Positions 26,107 through 36,986 of a stretch of 64,000 bases of DNA are shown here, piece by piece (within the stretch, counting starts at the first letter, position 1; the number at the start of each line of letters is the position of its first letter). Made by a program: the position numbers and the translations under genes. The stretch spans positions 17,026 to 81,025 of the forward strand of contig JAGOQR010000002.1 in assembly GCA_017991415.1 (NCBI GenBank). The letters run 5' to 3'. Origin of the DNA: Candidatus Magasanikiibacteriota bacterium (GTDB lineage: Bacteria > Patescibacteriota > Patescibacteriia > Magasanikbacterales > GWA2-37-8). The notes beneath the pieces are model-generated. The model was not told the DNA's origin. It ran no database searches and was given only the letters and a program-made list of their open reading frames with translations.

Positions 26107-27189
26107 TTAAAGTTCTAAAAGTGTATTTTCTCCTAAAATCATCTTTTGCTCACTTGACTTACTTTGCATAACAGTTACGCCCGAACCAATAATACTACCT
26201 GCAATCTTAACATTGGCACTTATATGACATTTATTGAGAATAATAGAGTCGCTAATTTGAGCATTTTTAATAGTACTCCCCGCACCAATAGTAGTGTTAG
26301 GATAAATAACACAATCCTCGAGAGTGCAGTTTTCAGCAATAAGGACTGGGCCTGTGATTTTTACATTTTTATTTACTGTGGTGCCAATACCAATCCGCAC
26401 CTTACCCTCTATGTACGCGCCAGGCTCAACAATACCTTCTACCTTAAAATTTTCTGGAATAATTTCTTTAAGCAAAAGCTCGCTCGCTAAAATTAAATCC
26501 TCTGGTTTGCCCGTATCCTTCCACCAACCCGTAATTTCTTTATACCCAACACGTAATTTATTTTTCAAAAAATCGGAGTGTATGCTCGATATTTCGTATT
26601 CTCCCCTATCACTTTTAGCAATATTATCGAATGCGTTAAAAAAAACTTTCGGACCATATAAATAAATACCTGTAACTGCAAAATCGTTGGGCGGCACCTT
26701 CGGTTTCTCCACCACGTCTATCAACTTTCCTTGATCATCTAAAACTGGCACACCAAATCGTTCTGGATCTGGTACTTTGGACAAAGCAAGCATACAATCA
26801 TAATTACCATGGGAAAATTCATCAATAAAAGTATCCAAGCTACCCAAAATAACATTATCTGATAAATAAAACAAAAACGGATCATTCCCAATAAATTTTT
26901 CGGCCTGTTTAACTACATGGGCAATGCCTTGTGGGCCACCCTCTTGCTCAAAGAAAGTGATATTGACTCCCCAATGCCCTCCATCACCAATATATTTTTG
27001 TAACTCTGTATCACCTGGATTAGTGTTTATAAAAATATCAGTCACACCCGCAGCTACCACTTTTTCAATAGCATGAAAAATCATTGGCTTATTGGCCAAC
27101 GGAATTAAATGTTTATTCATGGTAGAGGTAACTGGGCGTAACCGTGTTGCTCTTCCCCCTCCCGTTAAAATAGCTTTTTTAATTTTCAT
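26107..27189 (-). CDS. sugar-phosphate nucleotidyltransferase (glucose-1-phosphate thymidylyltransferase-like) with C-terminal left-handed beta-helix domain
   Basis: N-terminal GGGRATRLRP G-loop. Hexapeptide repeats in the C-terminal third. Confidence 0.6.
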   Translation of the reverse strand: MKIKKAILTGGGRATRLRPVTSTMNKHLIPLANKPMIFHAIEKVVAAGVTDIFINTNPGDTELQKYIGDGGHWGVNITFFEQEGGPQGIAHVVKQAEKFIGNDPFLFYLSDNVILGSLDTFIDEFSHGNYDCMLALSKVPDPERFGVPVLDDQGKLIDVVEKPKVPPNDFAVTGIYLYGPKVFFNAFDNIAKSDRGEYEISSIHSDFLKNKLRVGYKEITGWWKDTGKPEDLILASELLLKEIIPENFKVEGIVEPGAYIEGKVRIGIGTTVNKNVKITGPVLIAENCTLEDCVIYPNTTIGAGSTIKNAQISDSIILNKCHISANVKIAGSIIGSGVTVMQSKSSEQKMILGENTLLEL

Positions 27190-27213
27190 ACATTCAAATA
27201 ATTTTACAAAACC

Positions 27214-28308
27214 TTACCAAAAAATAATACGCTTTGCAACAAACCAATATGCGGTCATGAGTGGATTTGCAACATATTTGAGCAATGGATTATCAATATC
27301 TTTTTCATCAAAAATTACTTTGTCTACAGCTGTGGCCAACATGTAACTATCTGACACTTTCCGAATTGATTGGATATGCTTTCTTTTTTCTAACCAAAGG
27401 GCCCAATGGCGTGGCGTAAGCCAATATGTATATACTTGCATTTTTAAAGAAAACCAGCCAGCCATAATGGAAAATAATACCAATCCAGCCTCCATAATAA
27501 TAGCCATCGGCAATAGCAAAAGCAGTGTTGGCCATTTAAAATACATCAGCATAACTGCAAACCGATTTCTTTCCATGTTATAAAATTTATCCTTATTACG
27601 ACTGAATTGATACTTGTGATAAAAAATAGCATCTCTTATTATGGAGACCTTGTATCCCACCGCTTTCATGCGAAGCGAATATTCCAAATCTTCATGATAC
27701 ATAAAAAAATCCTTATCCCAAAAACCATATTCTGTAAGCAGTCGCGCGCGCATAATTATAGAAGCGCCGCTTGCATAACCAACTTCTTGGACTTCCTGCA
27801 ACTGTAAATCGCTTTTTTTAAACCTAAAACTACCACAATAACCGAAACCTAAATAATGAAAAGAGTTGCCTGCAGTGTTAACTAAATCTGTTTCTGGATA
27901 AAGCAAAAGCAATGATTGAGCGGCTCCAATCGTACTATCTTTTTCCATAGCCCGAACCATCTTTTCCAAACAATCGGCGGCCATAAAGCCATCGTTATTA
28001 TGAAAATAAATATAATCAAAACCATGTTTAAGCGCCCAGGCTATACCGACATTATTTCCTCCAGCAAAACCTAAATTCTCTGCTTGCGGCAACAAGGTAA
28101 CATGCGGAATTGTTTTTCCAGAAATAGGCATCAATTTTTCTTCCAAAGCTCTCATAGAAGAACCTGCCTGTGGATGAGGATTATCTACAACTACAAATTC
28201 TACCCTTTCTTTAGGATATGTACTTTTTTCTAAAGCCGAAATAGCATCATCCAAATAAATTTCTGAATGATAGGATAGATAAATAATTGCCACTTTTGGA
28301 TACTCCAT
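27214..28308 (-). CDS. family 2 glycosyltransferase with C-terminal TM segments
   Basis: GT-A fold with a DxD-containing N-terminal domain (VVVDN). Hydrophobic C-terminus. Confidence 0.6.
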   Translation of the reverse strand: MEYPKVAIIYLSYHSEIYLDDAISALEKSTYPKERVEFVVVDNPHPQAGSSMRALEEKLMPISGKTIPHVTLLPQAENLGFAGGNNVGIAWALKHGFDYIYFHNNDGFMAADCLEKMVRAMEKDSTIGAAQSLLLLYPETDLVNTAGNSFHYLGFGYCGSFRFKKSDLQLQEVQEVGYASGASIIMRARLLTEYGFWDKDFFMYHEDLEYSLRMKAVGYKVSIIRDAIFYHKYQFSRNKDKFYNMERNRFAVMLMYFKWPTLLLLLPMAIIMEAGLVLFSIMAGWFSLKMQVYTYWLTPRHWALWLEKRKHIQSIRKVSDSYMLATAVDKVIFDEKDIDNPLLKYVANPLMTAYWFVAKRIIFW

Positions 28309-28316
28309 ACAGATAT

Positions 28317-29165
28317 TTAGTGGGTAAAAAATTTAAAATTATTTCGCCATTTCCACATATATTTAAGCCAGCTTGCCAGATGAATACGGGCCAATTTATT
28401 TTTTACCAAAGCTCTCAACACACCTGGTATTTTTGCTGACTCTCGAGTATGTTTATGCGTAATTATAATATCATGGACATAGTATATTGGCCAACCAAAA
28501 TTCCACATGGTGCGACACCAGTCACTGTCTTCCAAATACATAAAATACCGCTCATCAAACCAACCTACCTGATCAACAGTTTCTTTGCGCACCATCATAG
28601 CTGCTCCCAAGACCCAATCAACGGGCATCGTACTGTTATGATCAAAATCTTTCATAAGTAGCTTATCAGAGAATCTGCGAATCCAGGCGTATTTTTTATC
28701 CAAATTTATTTGCTTTAAAGGCTTGATGAGCATTGATTGTAAATCAAAACGATAACAAGAATATTGCAAACTGCCATCGGTATTAAGTAATTTTGGACCA
28801 ACGCAACCAATTTTAGGATGGTCATCCATAAATTTAATAAGCCGCTCAATTACTTTGGAATTTTCTGGCAGAACAGTATCTGGATTAAGGGCAAAGTAAT
28901 AACGAGCTGGGGTTGATTTAAAACCCATCGTATTACCTTTGCCAAAACCAATATTACCATTACAATCTACGTACTTTACTTGAGGGTATTTGGAAGCTAA
29001 TTCTTCTTTAATATTGTCTTTATTTTCTGAATTATCGGCTACTGTAACTTGTATAGCATAAGGACAATCTGAAACATCTTTAAAAACCGAAGCGAGCGCA
29101 TCAAGAATATCATTCTTCATTAAATAATTGAGAAAAACAATATTTATATCTTTTACATGCTCCAT
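28317..29165 (-). CDS. family 2 glycosyltransferase
   Basis: GT2 motifs (TVADNSENKD...LNPDT...YLEDSDW). Confidence 0.6.
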   Translation of the reverse strand: MEHVKDINIVFLNYLMKNDILDALASVFKDVSDCPYAIQVTVADNSENKDNIKEELASKYPQVKYVDCNGNIGFGKGNTMGFKSTPARYYFALNPDTVLPENSKVIERLIKFMDDHPKIGCVGPKLLNTDGSLQYSCYRFDLQSMLIKPLKQINLDKKYAWIRRFSDKLLMKDFDHNSTMPVDWVLGAAMMVRKETVDQVGWFDERYFMYLEDSDWCRTMWNFGWPIYYVHDIIITHKHTRESAKIPGVLRALVKNKLARIHLASWLKYMWKWRNNFKFFTH

Positions 29166-30199
29166 AACGCGCGCACCTCTCGCCAGTTTAATTTTCTGGC
29201 ATGTTTAATAAAGTTTCTTTTTTTCTTTAAAATTTTCCTTAGAACCCACACCTCGCGTAGCCCAACCAAAACGGCACGATCAAAAATTAAAAAATAAACG
29301 AACTTCTTTAGTTCATACCACAAAATCCAAGGAAAATCAAGGGTTACATTCTGCCAATACTCATTCTTATACAACGTCATCAGATGGTTTTTGTAACTAT
29401 GATATTTTACCCATTGAGACTGCCCTTTCTTATTATGAGCAGCAGCCCTATCGCTCGCCTGTTTTGGTCCAGCCGCAGAACGATCATGGTAAGCAACTGC
29501 ACCGAGTAAAACACCTGCTTGCAGACCGAGGGCTGCCATTCGGTACGCCAAATCGACATCCTCTTTGTATGCATGATACGACTCATCAAAAACTGTGCCG
29601 TCCTCTGGAAAAACTACCTCTTGCAACGCAGATCTTCTAAAGACTGGCAGCGCCCCAGAAACACCAAATACCCGCAACAAATCCAAGTTGTGCAACTTGT
29701 TTTTTACCGCTTCCCACTGTTGTCCTGTATACTGCTCTACCACTCGCCTGTTACGATATACCTGCAACCCAAGCGTATCTATTTGATTAGTAAAACTATT
29801 TACTAAATTTTTATCTGATTCGATAAAATTCCACTTCATCAATCTCGGCGATACAACTGCAAGACTAGAATTATTATCCAAAAATGTAACTACCTTTTCC
29901 AAACAGTCCGAAGTCAAATACATATCCTGGTTGAGCATCAAAATATACTCACCATTTGTTTTTTTAAAGGCCATATTATGACCACCAGCAAACCCCAAAT
30001 TAGTTTTATTTTCTACCAATTCATGCTGGACTGAAAAATTTACTAATTCTTTTTTCATTGCTTCTACCATGCCATCGGTAGAGTTATTATCAATAACAAG
30101 CAGCTCCCAATTTTTAAAAGATTGCTTACGCAAAGAATCAAAAAGAAATGGTACGTACTTTGCCCCATTCCAGGTAACTAAATGCACGGAAAGTTTCAT
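29153..30199 (-). CDS. family 2 glycosyltransferase
   Basis: GT2 motifs (LLVIDNNSTDG...MLNQDM). Confidence 0.6.
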   Translation of the reverse strand: MKLSVHLVTWNGAKYVPFLFDSLRKQSFKNWELLVIDNNSTDGMVEAMKKELVNFSVQHELVENKTNLGFAGGHNMAFKKTNGEYILMLNQDMYLTSDCLEKVVTFLDNNSSLAVVSPRLMKWNFIESDKNLVNSFTNQIDTLGLQVYRNRRVVEQYTGQQWEAVKNKLHNLDLLRVFGVSGALPVFRRSALQEVVFPEDGTVFDESYHAYKEDVDLAYRMAALGLQAGVLLGAVAYHDRSAAGPKQASDRAAAHNKKGQSQWVKYHSYKNHLMTLYKNEYWQNVTLDFPWILWYELKKFVYFLIFDRAVLVGLREVWVLRKILKKKRNFIKHARKLNWREVRALWSM

Positions 30200-30213
30200 A
30201 TATTTCTTTTATC

Positions 30214-31071
30214 TTACTCATGATGAATAAATGTGGCGCGCCACCAAGCCATAGCAATGCCAACTGGCCGCAACAAAAAAATCCACATCCATTTATACCA
30301 TGGTTCCCATTTTTGAAAATATAACAACATACTCGCGGTAAACTGTTTTTGTTTCCAGAGACTAGCTCGCTGTTTAAAACTTTGCCCAACATAATCTATG
30401 CAACTAATAATTGGTGTATGCATCACTTTAAATCCTAGTTTTTTTACTTCTTTGCAAAGATCAACATCTTCAAACCAAATAAAATATCGTGGATCAAACA
30501 CCCAGCCTAATTTTTGATAAACCTCTCGTCGCATAATCATAAAAGATCCGCGCACGGAGTCTACTTCTTGCTCCACACAAGCATCAAAGTCTTTAAATAA
30601 ATACGTATCAGTAATTTTTGGAAATAAGTGAGGTAATTTTAAAATTATAGCCAACTGATCCCAAACTTTTGGGAATCGACGCGGCTGCGCATCTGTATTT
30701 AAATTTCCATGCTCATCTAAAAGTTTACAGCTCGCCAAACCCACATCTGAATGTTTTTCCATCCAATCTACCATTATATCCAAACTGCCTGGTGCCACCC
30801 GCATATCAGGATTTAAAAAAAGCAAAAAATCGCCTTGAGCGATCTTGGCAGCTTGGTTATTAGGGTAAGCAAAACCAGTATTACTATTATTTTTTATAAG
30901 TTTTATATGAGAAAACTCTGTTTCAATAATACGTACTGTATCATCAGTCGAAGCGTTATCTACAATAATGTGCTCAAACAAAATATCTTGACATCCCGCT
31001 AACACAGATTTAATTTGCTCTCTTATGAGAGCAGCAGAATTCCAAGTAACTGTAATTATGGAAAGCCGCAT
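30214..31071 (-). CDS. family 2 glycosyltransferase
   Basis: GT2 motifs (IVDNASTDD...FLNPDM...WFEDVD). Confidence 0.6.
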   Translation of the reverse strand: MRLSIITVTWNSAALIREQIKSVLAGCQDILFEHIIVDNASTDDTVRIIETEFSHIKLIKNNSNTGFAYPNNQAAKIAQGDFLLFLNPDMRVAPGSLDIMVDWMEKHSDVGLASCKLLDEHGNLNTDAQPRRFPKVWDQLAIILKLPHLFPKITDTYLFKDFDACVEQEVDSVRGSFMIMRREVYQKLGWVFDPRYFIWFEDVDLCKEVKKLGFKVMHTPIISCIDYVGQSFKQRASLWKQKQFTASMLLYFQKWEPWYKWMWIFLLRPVGIAMAWWRATFIHHE

Positions 31072-31074
31072 AGA

Positions 31075-32139
31075 TTATTTTTTAAGTTCAGCCTTAAAAA
31101 AATCTACAAACGGAATAGCAGTTGGATCTATGCCCTGCAACATAGCTGAATAAAAACTTATATAGCTGCTCAAAATCAAAACCTCACACGCTTGAGCGAG
31201 CTTATTTTTTTCTTGAGCTACATATACAGCATATCCAATATTGTTTTTATCTAAGATCTTTTTAGTAATTTCATATCTTTTTTGCACACGGCTATCGTAC
31301 AAACCAGATTCTACCATTAAAAATGTAACTCCATTTTTATTAGCTTCTGGATAAAGCATGCCTTCCATTAAGTGATGATTTAGTTCTGGCACAATAAAAT
31401 AACCAGCAAAACGCTTAGCATTTTCATTCATCTGATTAGCTGCAATATGCACATTCCCCGATAAATGCTCAGAGGCTACATACCAAACACTCTTACCAGA
31501 CAAGTTTGCCGCCAATTGTTTGGCTCTATTTTTTTCTTGAGCTGCACCAACCCCAAATACCGAATTATAATGGGCAATTACCTGTAAACAATTTTTTATT
31601 TGTGAGCTAGATACCTGCAACAGTCCAACCTGAACAAGCAATGCAATTTGCCCAAATACAGAATACCCTAACCCCATACGAGGTGAGCCACACGGATTAT
31701 TGTTGGTAGAAAAAATGAGGCTAGGAATCTTATTTTTCTGAGCCCATTCCCCCAATTTCCCTCCAGAACAAATTACTAAAATTTTTGCTTTTTTCTTTTT
31801 TGCCTCCCCCGCTGCGCTTACCACTTCTTCGGTAGAACCAGAATAACTCGAGGCAATGACAAGTGTTTTTTCAGAAATAAAACTTGGAATTTGATATCCA
31901 TTTATAATTTCTACTGGAACTGCAAGATTTTTAAAAAAAATAGATTTAATAACATGTGCACCCAAAGCTGACCCACCCATGCCCAACACCACAATACTAG
32001 TTACTTTTTTATACGCAGATGGAATTTTTATTTTTTTTGCCTGAGCCAACACTTCTTCTATCTGCTGACCGAAGAGCTCTATACTCCCCAACATATTTTT
32101 GGAGTCTAGTTGACTAATTTTTTCTTTATTATCCAACAT
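31075..32139 (-). CDS. SIS-domain sugar isomerase (bifunctional phosphoglucose/phosphomannose isomerase-like)
   Basis: Two SIS-like halves (VVLGMGGSALGAHV ... ILVICSGGKL). Confidence 0.45.
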   Translation of the reverse strand: MLDNKEKISQLDSKNMLGSIELFGQQIEEVLAQAKKIKIPSAYKKVTSIVVLGMGGSALGAHVIKSIFFKNLAVPVEIINGYQIPSFISEKTLVIASSYSGSTEEVVSAAGEAKKKKAKILVICSGGKLGEWAQKNKIPSLIFSTNNNPCGSPRMGLGYSVFGQIALLVQVGLLQVSSSQIKNCLQVIAHYNSVFGVGAAQEKNRAKQLAANLSGKSVWYVASEHLSGNVHIAANQMNENAKRFAGYFIVPELNHHLMEGMLYPEANKNGVTFLMVESGLYDSRVQKRYEITKKILDKNNIGYAVYVAQEKNKLAQACEVLILSSYISFYSAMLQGIDPTAIPFVDFFKAELKK

Positions 32140-32151
32140 AAAATATTAATT

Positions 32152-33093
32152 TTAATACTGACCTAGGTTTGTTACTAGCCCCAACTTCTCTTTAGTTTCT
32201 TTATTAACTTTTTCCATTACCTTACCTGCACCATCACTATCCATATTTTTCTTTAATTCTACCATTACCTCCTTCATTCTTTCATGAATTTCTTTTAAAT
32301 GAATTCCTATGTTATTCAACTTTGTTGTATCAAGCACTGCATCTACTCGTTCGGCGAGGGTCATCTTGTTTAACTCTTCTTTGCTAATTTTTACAAATTC
32401 CATCTCTGGTTTTACAATTTCCTTCAGCGCAAGCGCTATCTCATACGGAGTAGTAACTCCTGGATTCACTACATTGTACACACCAGTTTCATCTCGAGAA
32501 ATTAAATCATGTGTTACCTGCATTAAATCTTCTACAACCGTACAAGAATTAGGTGTATCAATAAATTTATTGTACGTCAGCATTTTAGTGAGTGCGTTAC
32601 GCGGATCTACTTTGGCAGATAATAGCTGCCTTGGCCTTAATAATAAGGCCTGTAAACCATGGCGCTTTTGGCGATGGACAAGCATTTCTTCGGCCCATAC
32701 CTTTGTCCAAGAATAAAAACAAAGAGGGCTTGGCACTACAAATTCTGTTTGAGCATCAGCCGCGTTTTTACTTTCCAAAACACAGCCACTCGAAATGTGA
32801 AGTAAATAAATATTTTTTTCTTGACAGACCCTACCTACCACATCGGCGCCCATCGTATTAATTTCAAAAGCTTCTGTTTTATTTTGTTCACACCAGTCAA
32901 TATTGGTTTTAGCGGCAGTATTAATAACCAAATCTGGATTAACTATTTCTATTTTTTCTCTAACGGTCTGTTCATTGCGAACATCTAACTCTGAACCAAA
33001 AATAGCCACTGTTACACCTTGGTTTTCAAAATAATCTTTATAGAATGTTCCCAACTGTCCCGCACCTGTAATTAATATCCTTTTTGGCTGCAT
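32152..33093 (-). CDS. dTDP-4-dehydrorhamnose reductase-like (RmlD family) NAD(P)-dependent reductase
   Basis: ILITGAGQLG Rossmann motif; ...DLVINTAAKTNIDWCEQNKTEAFEINTMG...LLHISSGCVLES pattern. The ATG at 33093 is preferred over the track TTG. Confidence 0.5.
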   Translation of the reverse strand: MQPKRILITGAGQLGTFYKDYFENQGVTVAIFGSELDVRNEQTVREKIEIVNPDLVINTAAKTNIDWCEQNKTEAFEINTMGADVVGRVCQEKNIYLLHISSGCVLESKNAADAQTEFVVPSPLCFYSWTKVWAEEMLVHRQKRHGLQALLLRPRQLLSAKVDPRNALTKMLTYNKFIDTPNSCTVVEDLMQVTHDLISRDETGVYNVVNPGVTTPYEIALALKEIVKPEMEFVKISKEELNKMTLAERVDAVLDTTKLNNIGIHLKEIHERMKEVMVELKKNMDSDGAGKVMEKVNKETKEKLGLVTNLGQY

Positions 33094-33110
33094 ACACAAA
33101 ATTAAGATAA

Positions 33111-34121
33111 TTAGTTTTTTTCTGAGTATTGTTTTTTAAAATATTCCAAATGCTCTCCATTTTTTAATGGCTGCCACCAGGCTGTATTATTTTTATACCA
33201 CGCGATTACTTCTCGCAAACCTTGCAAAAAATCTTTTTCTGCTTTCCAACCTAAATCTTTGGTAATTTTTGAACAATTAATTGCATAGCGCCTATCATGA
33301 CCTGGCCTATCTTTTACAGGCTCAATCATATCTTCTGCCATACCCATTTCGGTCAAGATGAGTTTTGTTAATTCAATATTTTCCATTTCTGTTCCAGAGC
33401 CAATATTATATACCTCACCCGGTTTTGCCTTATGCAACACCGCATCAATTGCTCGACAATGGTCGCTCGTATGAACCCACTCACGAACATTCTTACCATC
33501 TCCATATAACGGAACTTTTTTACCTTCTAATAAATTAGTAATAAAAAATGGGATTAGTTTTTCTGGGTATTGATTTGTGCCATAAAAATTACAGCTATGT
33601 GTTACCACTACTGGCGTTTGATAGGTAACAAAGTATGCACGACAGAGGTGGTCGCCACCAGCCTTGGCAGCAGAGTATGGACTGTTCGGGAAAAAAGAAG
33701 AGTCTTCACTAAAACTTCCTTTTTCTATACTTCCATACACCTCATCGGTGGACACCTGTACCATCTTGGCCAATTTAAAATTCTTAGTAGCTTCTAATAG
33801 ATTAAACGTACCAAGCACTTCCGTACGTAAAAATGTATCAGGATCCATAATAGACCTATCTACATGAGTTTCTGCTGCATAGTTTACAATTGCATCAATA
33901 CTATATTTTTGCACTACAGTATTTACCTCTTCTCTATTACAAATATCACCACGAACAAATGTATATCGAGGATTATCAGAAACTTCTCGCACATTTTCTA
34001 AATTTCCAGCGTATGTAAGTTTATCAAAATTTACAACATGGTATTCTGGATATTGAGCGAGGATATATTTTATAAAATGGGAGCCCATAAACCCCGCTCC
34101 TCCACAAACTAGTAATTTCAT
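33111..34121 (-). CDS. rfbB: dTDP-glucose 4,6-dehydratase (RmlB)
   Basis: MKLLVCGGAGFMGSHF Rossmann motif, catalytic TDEVYG/YSAAKA motifs. About 337 aa. The ATG at 34121 is preferred. Confidence 0.7.
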   Translation of the reverse strand: MKLLVCGGAGFMGSHFIKYILAQYPEYHVVNFDKLTYAGNLENVREVSDNPRYTFVRGDICNREEVNTVVQKYSIDAIVNYAAETHVDRSIMDPDTFLRTEVLGTFNLLEATKNFKLAKMVQVSTDEVYGSIEKGSFSEDSSFFPNSPYSAAKAGGDHLCRAYFVTYQTPVVVTHSCNFYGTNQYPEKLIPFFITNLLEGKKVPLYGDGKNVREWVHTSDHCRAIDAVLHKAKPGEVYNIGSGTEMENIELTKLILTEMGMAEDMIEPVKDRPGHDRRYAINCSKITKDLGWKAEKDFLQGLREVIAWYKNNTAWWQPLKNGEHLEYFKKQYSEKN

Positions 34122-34133
34122 AGAAAACAATAA

Positions 34134-35234
34134 TTAAATTTTACTTGACCTGCTCACACTTGCAACCACGCCTACGGCAGCGAGCGCAATAAGCATCGCT
34201 GACCCCCCGTGGCTGATAAACGGCAAGGGCACACCCGTAAGAGGCAATAACCCAATAATAGTACCAATATTTAAAAAAGATTGCCAAATAAACCATATCA
34301 TAATCCCTGCTGCAAGTAAACGACCAAACTCATCGGGCGCACCCTTAGCAATCTTAAGGCCACGTAGCGCTAAAAATGTAATTAAAAAAACCAAACCAGT
34401 AGTCATAAGCAAGCCCATTTCTTCTGCAATCACCGCAAAAATTGAATCGGCCTGCACTTCTGGAAGATACTGAAACTTTTGTCTTGAATGACCAAGACCT
34501 GTGCCCCAAAAACCTCCAGACCCCACAGCAAGATAAGCTTGATTTATTTGATATCCAATACCTTGGGGATCGAGTTCTGGGTGCAAAAATGTAGTAAGCC
34601 GTTCCACTCTATATGGAGCTACTAGTAAAAGCACAACAAAGGCTACTACACCCACCAGACCAAGGATAAGCAGATATACCTTGGGAATATGCGCTAGATA
34701 TAACATGGCAAAAATAATTACTACCAAAATAGAAAGCGTACCAACATCTGGCTGGGCCAGTATGAGTAAAATAGCTGGTGATAACATAGCAAAAATTGGC
34801 ACTAATCCATTTTTCCAATCTCTCAGATCCCTTCCTTCAGAAAGAAGTTTAGCAAGAATGATAATAAGGGTAAGTTTTACAAACTCTGATGGTTGAAAAC
34901 TAAGACCAAAAAGCTGCACCCAACTTTTTGATCCATTTATAACAAGCCCTACCCCTGGTATAAATACCAAACAAAGCGCTATTAAGGAAAAAAAGTATAA
35001 GATTCCTCCAAATTTCTGCAAAAACCTATAATTAATCTTAGCTAAAACGAGCAACAAAAATAGTCCTGGCAAAAAACCAAACAACAGTTGTTTTTTAACA
35101 AAAAAATAAGTATCGCCAAACTTAGCGTAACCCATCGGAGCGCTTGCCGAAGCAAGCATCACTAGTCCAAATATCACTAAAATTGCAAAAAGTAATAAAA
35201 ATAATCTATCTGCTGATTGTTTAATTTTCTCCAT
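34134..35234 (-). CDS. ftsW: SEDS-family peptidoglycan glycosyltransferase FtsW/RodA
   Basis: 10-TM profile with the conserved large extracytoplasmic loop and C-terminal PLPFISHGGSAM motif. Confidence 0.7.
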   Translation of the reverse strand: MEKIKQSADRLFLLLFAILVIFGLVMLASASAPMGYAKFGDTYFFVKKQLLFGFLPGLFLLLVLAKINYRFLQKFGGILYFFSLIALCLVFIPGVGLVINGSKSWVQLFGLSFQPSEFVKLTLIIILAKLLSEGRDLRDWKNGLVPIFAMLSPAILLILAQPDVGTLSILVVIIFAMLYLAHIPKVYLLILGLVGVVAFVVLLLVAPYRVERLTTFLHPELDPQGIGYQINQAYLAVGSGGFWGTGLGHSRQKFQYLPEVQADSIFAVIAEEMGLLMTTGLVFLITFLALRGLKIAKGAPDEFGRLLAAGIMIWFIWQSFLNIGTIIGLLPLTGVPLPFISHGGSAMLIALAAVGVVASVSRSSKI

Positions 35235-35254
35235 AAAACCTATTTGTTCTTAAT

Positions 35255-35611
35255 TTACGAATTAAGTTTTACCAGAAAAATGATACTAGCCATTAAAAAT
35301 AGATGGAAAAATAACACCCAAAAACTTAATAACCGACCCAAAAATTTATCAAATGAATAAGAGAGTGAAGAAAATAAAAAATTGACTATAATTACCATAA
35401 TCCCAGCTAGTGGCATATAAAAAATCTGCCACCAATCACCTACCAAATCAACCCCAAAAATGATATTATAGTGCAAAAATACCTGGCCAACATCTGGTCT
35501 AATATTAGCGATCAAATCCCACCACAAAAATATCTGGATTAAAAGTACTCCTATAAATGGTACAGAGATCCATAGGTCACGAAAGAATAGTTTAGGAGGA
35601 TAAAATATCAT
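35255..35611 (-). CDS. small integral membrane protein, unknown
   Basis: Three predicted TM helices. No recognisable motif. Confidence 0.3.
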   Translation of the reverse strand: MIFYPPKLFFRDLWISVPFIGVLLIQIFLWWDLIANIRPDVGQVFLHYNIIFGVDLVGDWWQIFYMPLAGIMVIIVNFLFSSLSYSFDKFLGRLLSFWVLFFHLFLMASIIFLVKLNS

Positions 35612-35680
35612 AATAAACCAGTATAGATGTCCATTAAAAATGGGCTAAATTCTGCTTTATTTTAGCAATTTTACTATATA

Positions 35681-35709
35681 TTGACAAGTTTACCGATTTA
35701 TACTATAAT
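35681..35709 (+). promoter_or_regulatory. perfect consensus sigma-70 promoter TTGACA-N17-TATAAT upstream of rpmA
   Basis: ttgaca at 35681-35686 and tataat at 35704-35709, spacer 17. Confidence 0.5.
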
Positions 35710-35753
35710 AAGCCCACGATTTTTGTTAATTGCTAATTGTTAATTTTTAAAAT

Positions 35754-36032
35754 ATGTCTCATAAAAAAGCGGGTGGCTCCACTCGGTTGGGTCGCGATTC
35801 TGCCGCTCAACGCTTAGGTGTTAAACTTCACGATGGTGAAGTAGTTAAAAAAGGAATGATTATCATTCGCCAAAGAGGCACTAAATTCCACCCTGGAAAA
35901 AATGTCAAAAAAGGCGGAGATGACACAATTTTTGCTATGGCAAACGGTAAGGTGAAATTCACCCAACATAAAAGACGTCGTTTTGACGGCACTATGAAAA
36001 TGTTCAAATTTGTTCACGTTGTCACAGAATAA
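35754..36032 (+). CDS. rpmA: 50S ribosomal protein L27
   Basis: [24 protein letters not shown] is the canonical L27 N-terminus. Confidence 0.9.
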   Translation: MSHKKAGGSTRLGRDSAAQRLGVKLHDGEVVKKGMIIIRQRGTKFHPGKNVKKGGDDTIFAMANGKVKFTQHKRRRFDGTMKMFKFVHVVTE

Positions 36033-36039
36033 TAACACT

Positions 36040-36076
36040 AAAACAAAAAACCTCCTGCTAACAGGAGGTTTTTTGT
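36040..36076. terminator. bidirectional rho-independent terminator (aaaaaacctcctg-ttagc-aggaggttttttg)
   Basis: Perfect stem with A/T runs on both sides, between the convergent rpmA gene and the epimerase gene. Confidence 0.6.
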
Positions 36077-36083
36077 TTTAGTG

Positions 36084-36977
36084 TTATTTCTTAAGCTGTA
36101 ACAAACCTTCTTGAAGCGTAACGGTTGGCTCCCAACCCAGCACACTCTTTGCTAAACTTCTATCCGCTTCAATAAAACGCATCTCCCCAAAACGCGGATC
36201 AATATTAACAGTTTCACCTCCAATTAAAGCAGCTATTTCATTAACGCTTGTTTGCTTGCCTGATCCAATATTAATTGGAGCACCACTATTAATTATATTT
36301 TGATTCCAAGCTAAAATATTTGCTCGCACAACATCCGAAACATGCACATAATCACGAGTACTTTTACCATCTCCTACTATGGTTAATTTCTGTCCTTTTT
36401 TCTGCTGCTCCAAAAAAATTGGAATGACCATAGGGTAAGAACCTGTAGCCAATTTCCGCGGCCCAAAAACATTAAAATAACGAAGGCAAACGGTTGATAA
36501 ATTATACAACGAAGAAAATAAACGGCAATATTCTTCTCCCATCAACTTATGGAGACCGTATGGACTGAGCGGTCTGGTAATAAAAGATTCTTGAATTGGC
36601 AGCACCTTTTGCTCGCCATAGGTGGCGCACGAAGAAGAAAAAACTACTTTTTTAACGTTATTTTCCTTGGCGGCCAACAACACATTAAGCGTTCCTGTTA
36701 CATTAATTTCATGCGTAGTAGCTGGATCCTCAACAGACACTTGCAATCGCGGATCTGCCGCCAAATGGAATACTGCTTCAACGCCTTTAAAAATTTTACT
36801 GATTTTTTTATAATCACGTATATCTGCCTTATAAAACTTTGCTTTTTTATTAATAAATTCTTTTTTTCCAAGCATTAAATTGTCAACTACAAACACCTCA
36901 TGACCAAGAGCCACCAAAGCGTCAGTGAGGTGGGAACCAATAAATCCCGCACCTCCCGTAACAACTAACTTAGACAT
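36084..36977 (-). CDS. NAD-dependent sugar epimerase (UDP-glucose 4-epimerase-like, short form)
   Basis: VVTGGAGFIGSH Rossmann motif; YxxxK (YGLHK). Confidence 0.55.
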   Translation of the reverse strand: MSKLVVTGGAGFIGSHLTDALVALGHEVFVVDNLMLGKKEFINKKAKFYKADIRDYKKISKIFKGVEAVFHLAADPRLQVSVEDPATTHEINVTGTLNVLLAAKENNVKKVVFSSSCATYGEQKVLPIQESFITRPLSPYGLHKLMGEEYCRLFSSLYNLSTVCLRYFNVFGPRKLATGSYPMVIPIFLEQQKKGQKLTIVGDGKSTRDYVHVSDVVRANILAWNQNIINSGAPINIGSGKQTSVNEIAALIGGETVNIDPRFGEMRFIEADRSLAKSVLGWEPTVTLQEGLLQLKK

Positions 36978-36986
36978 ATAGGAATA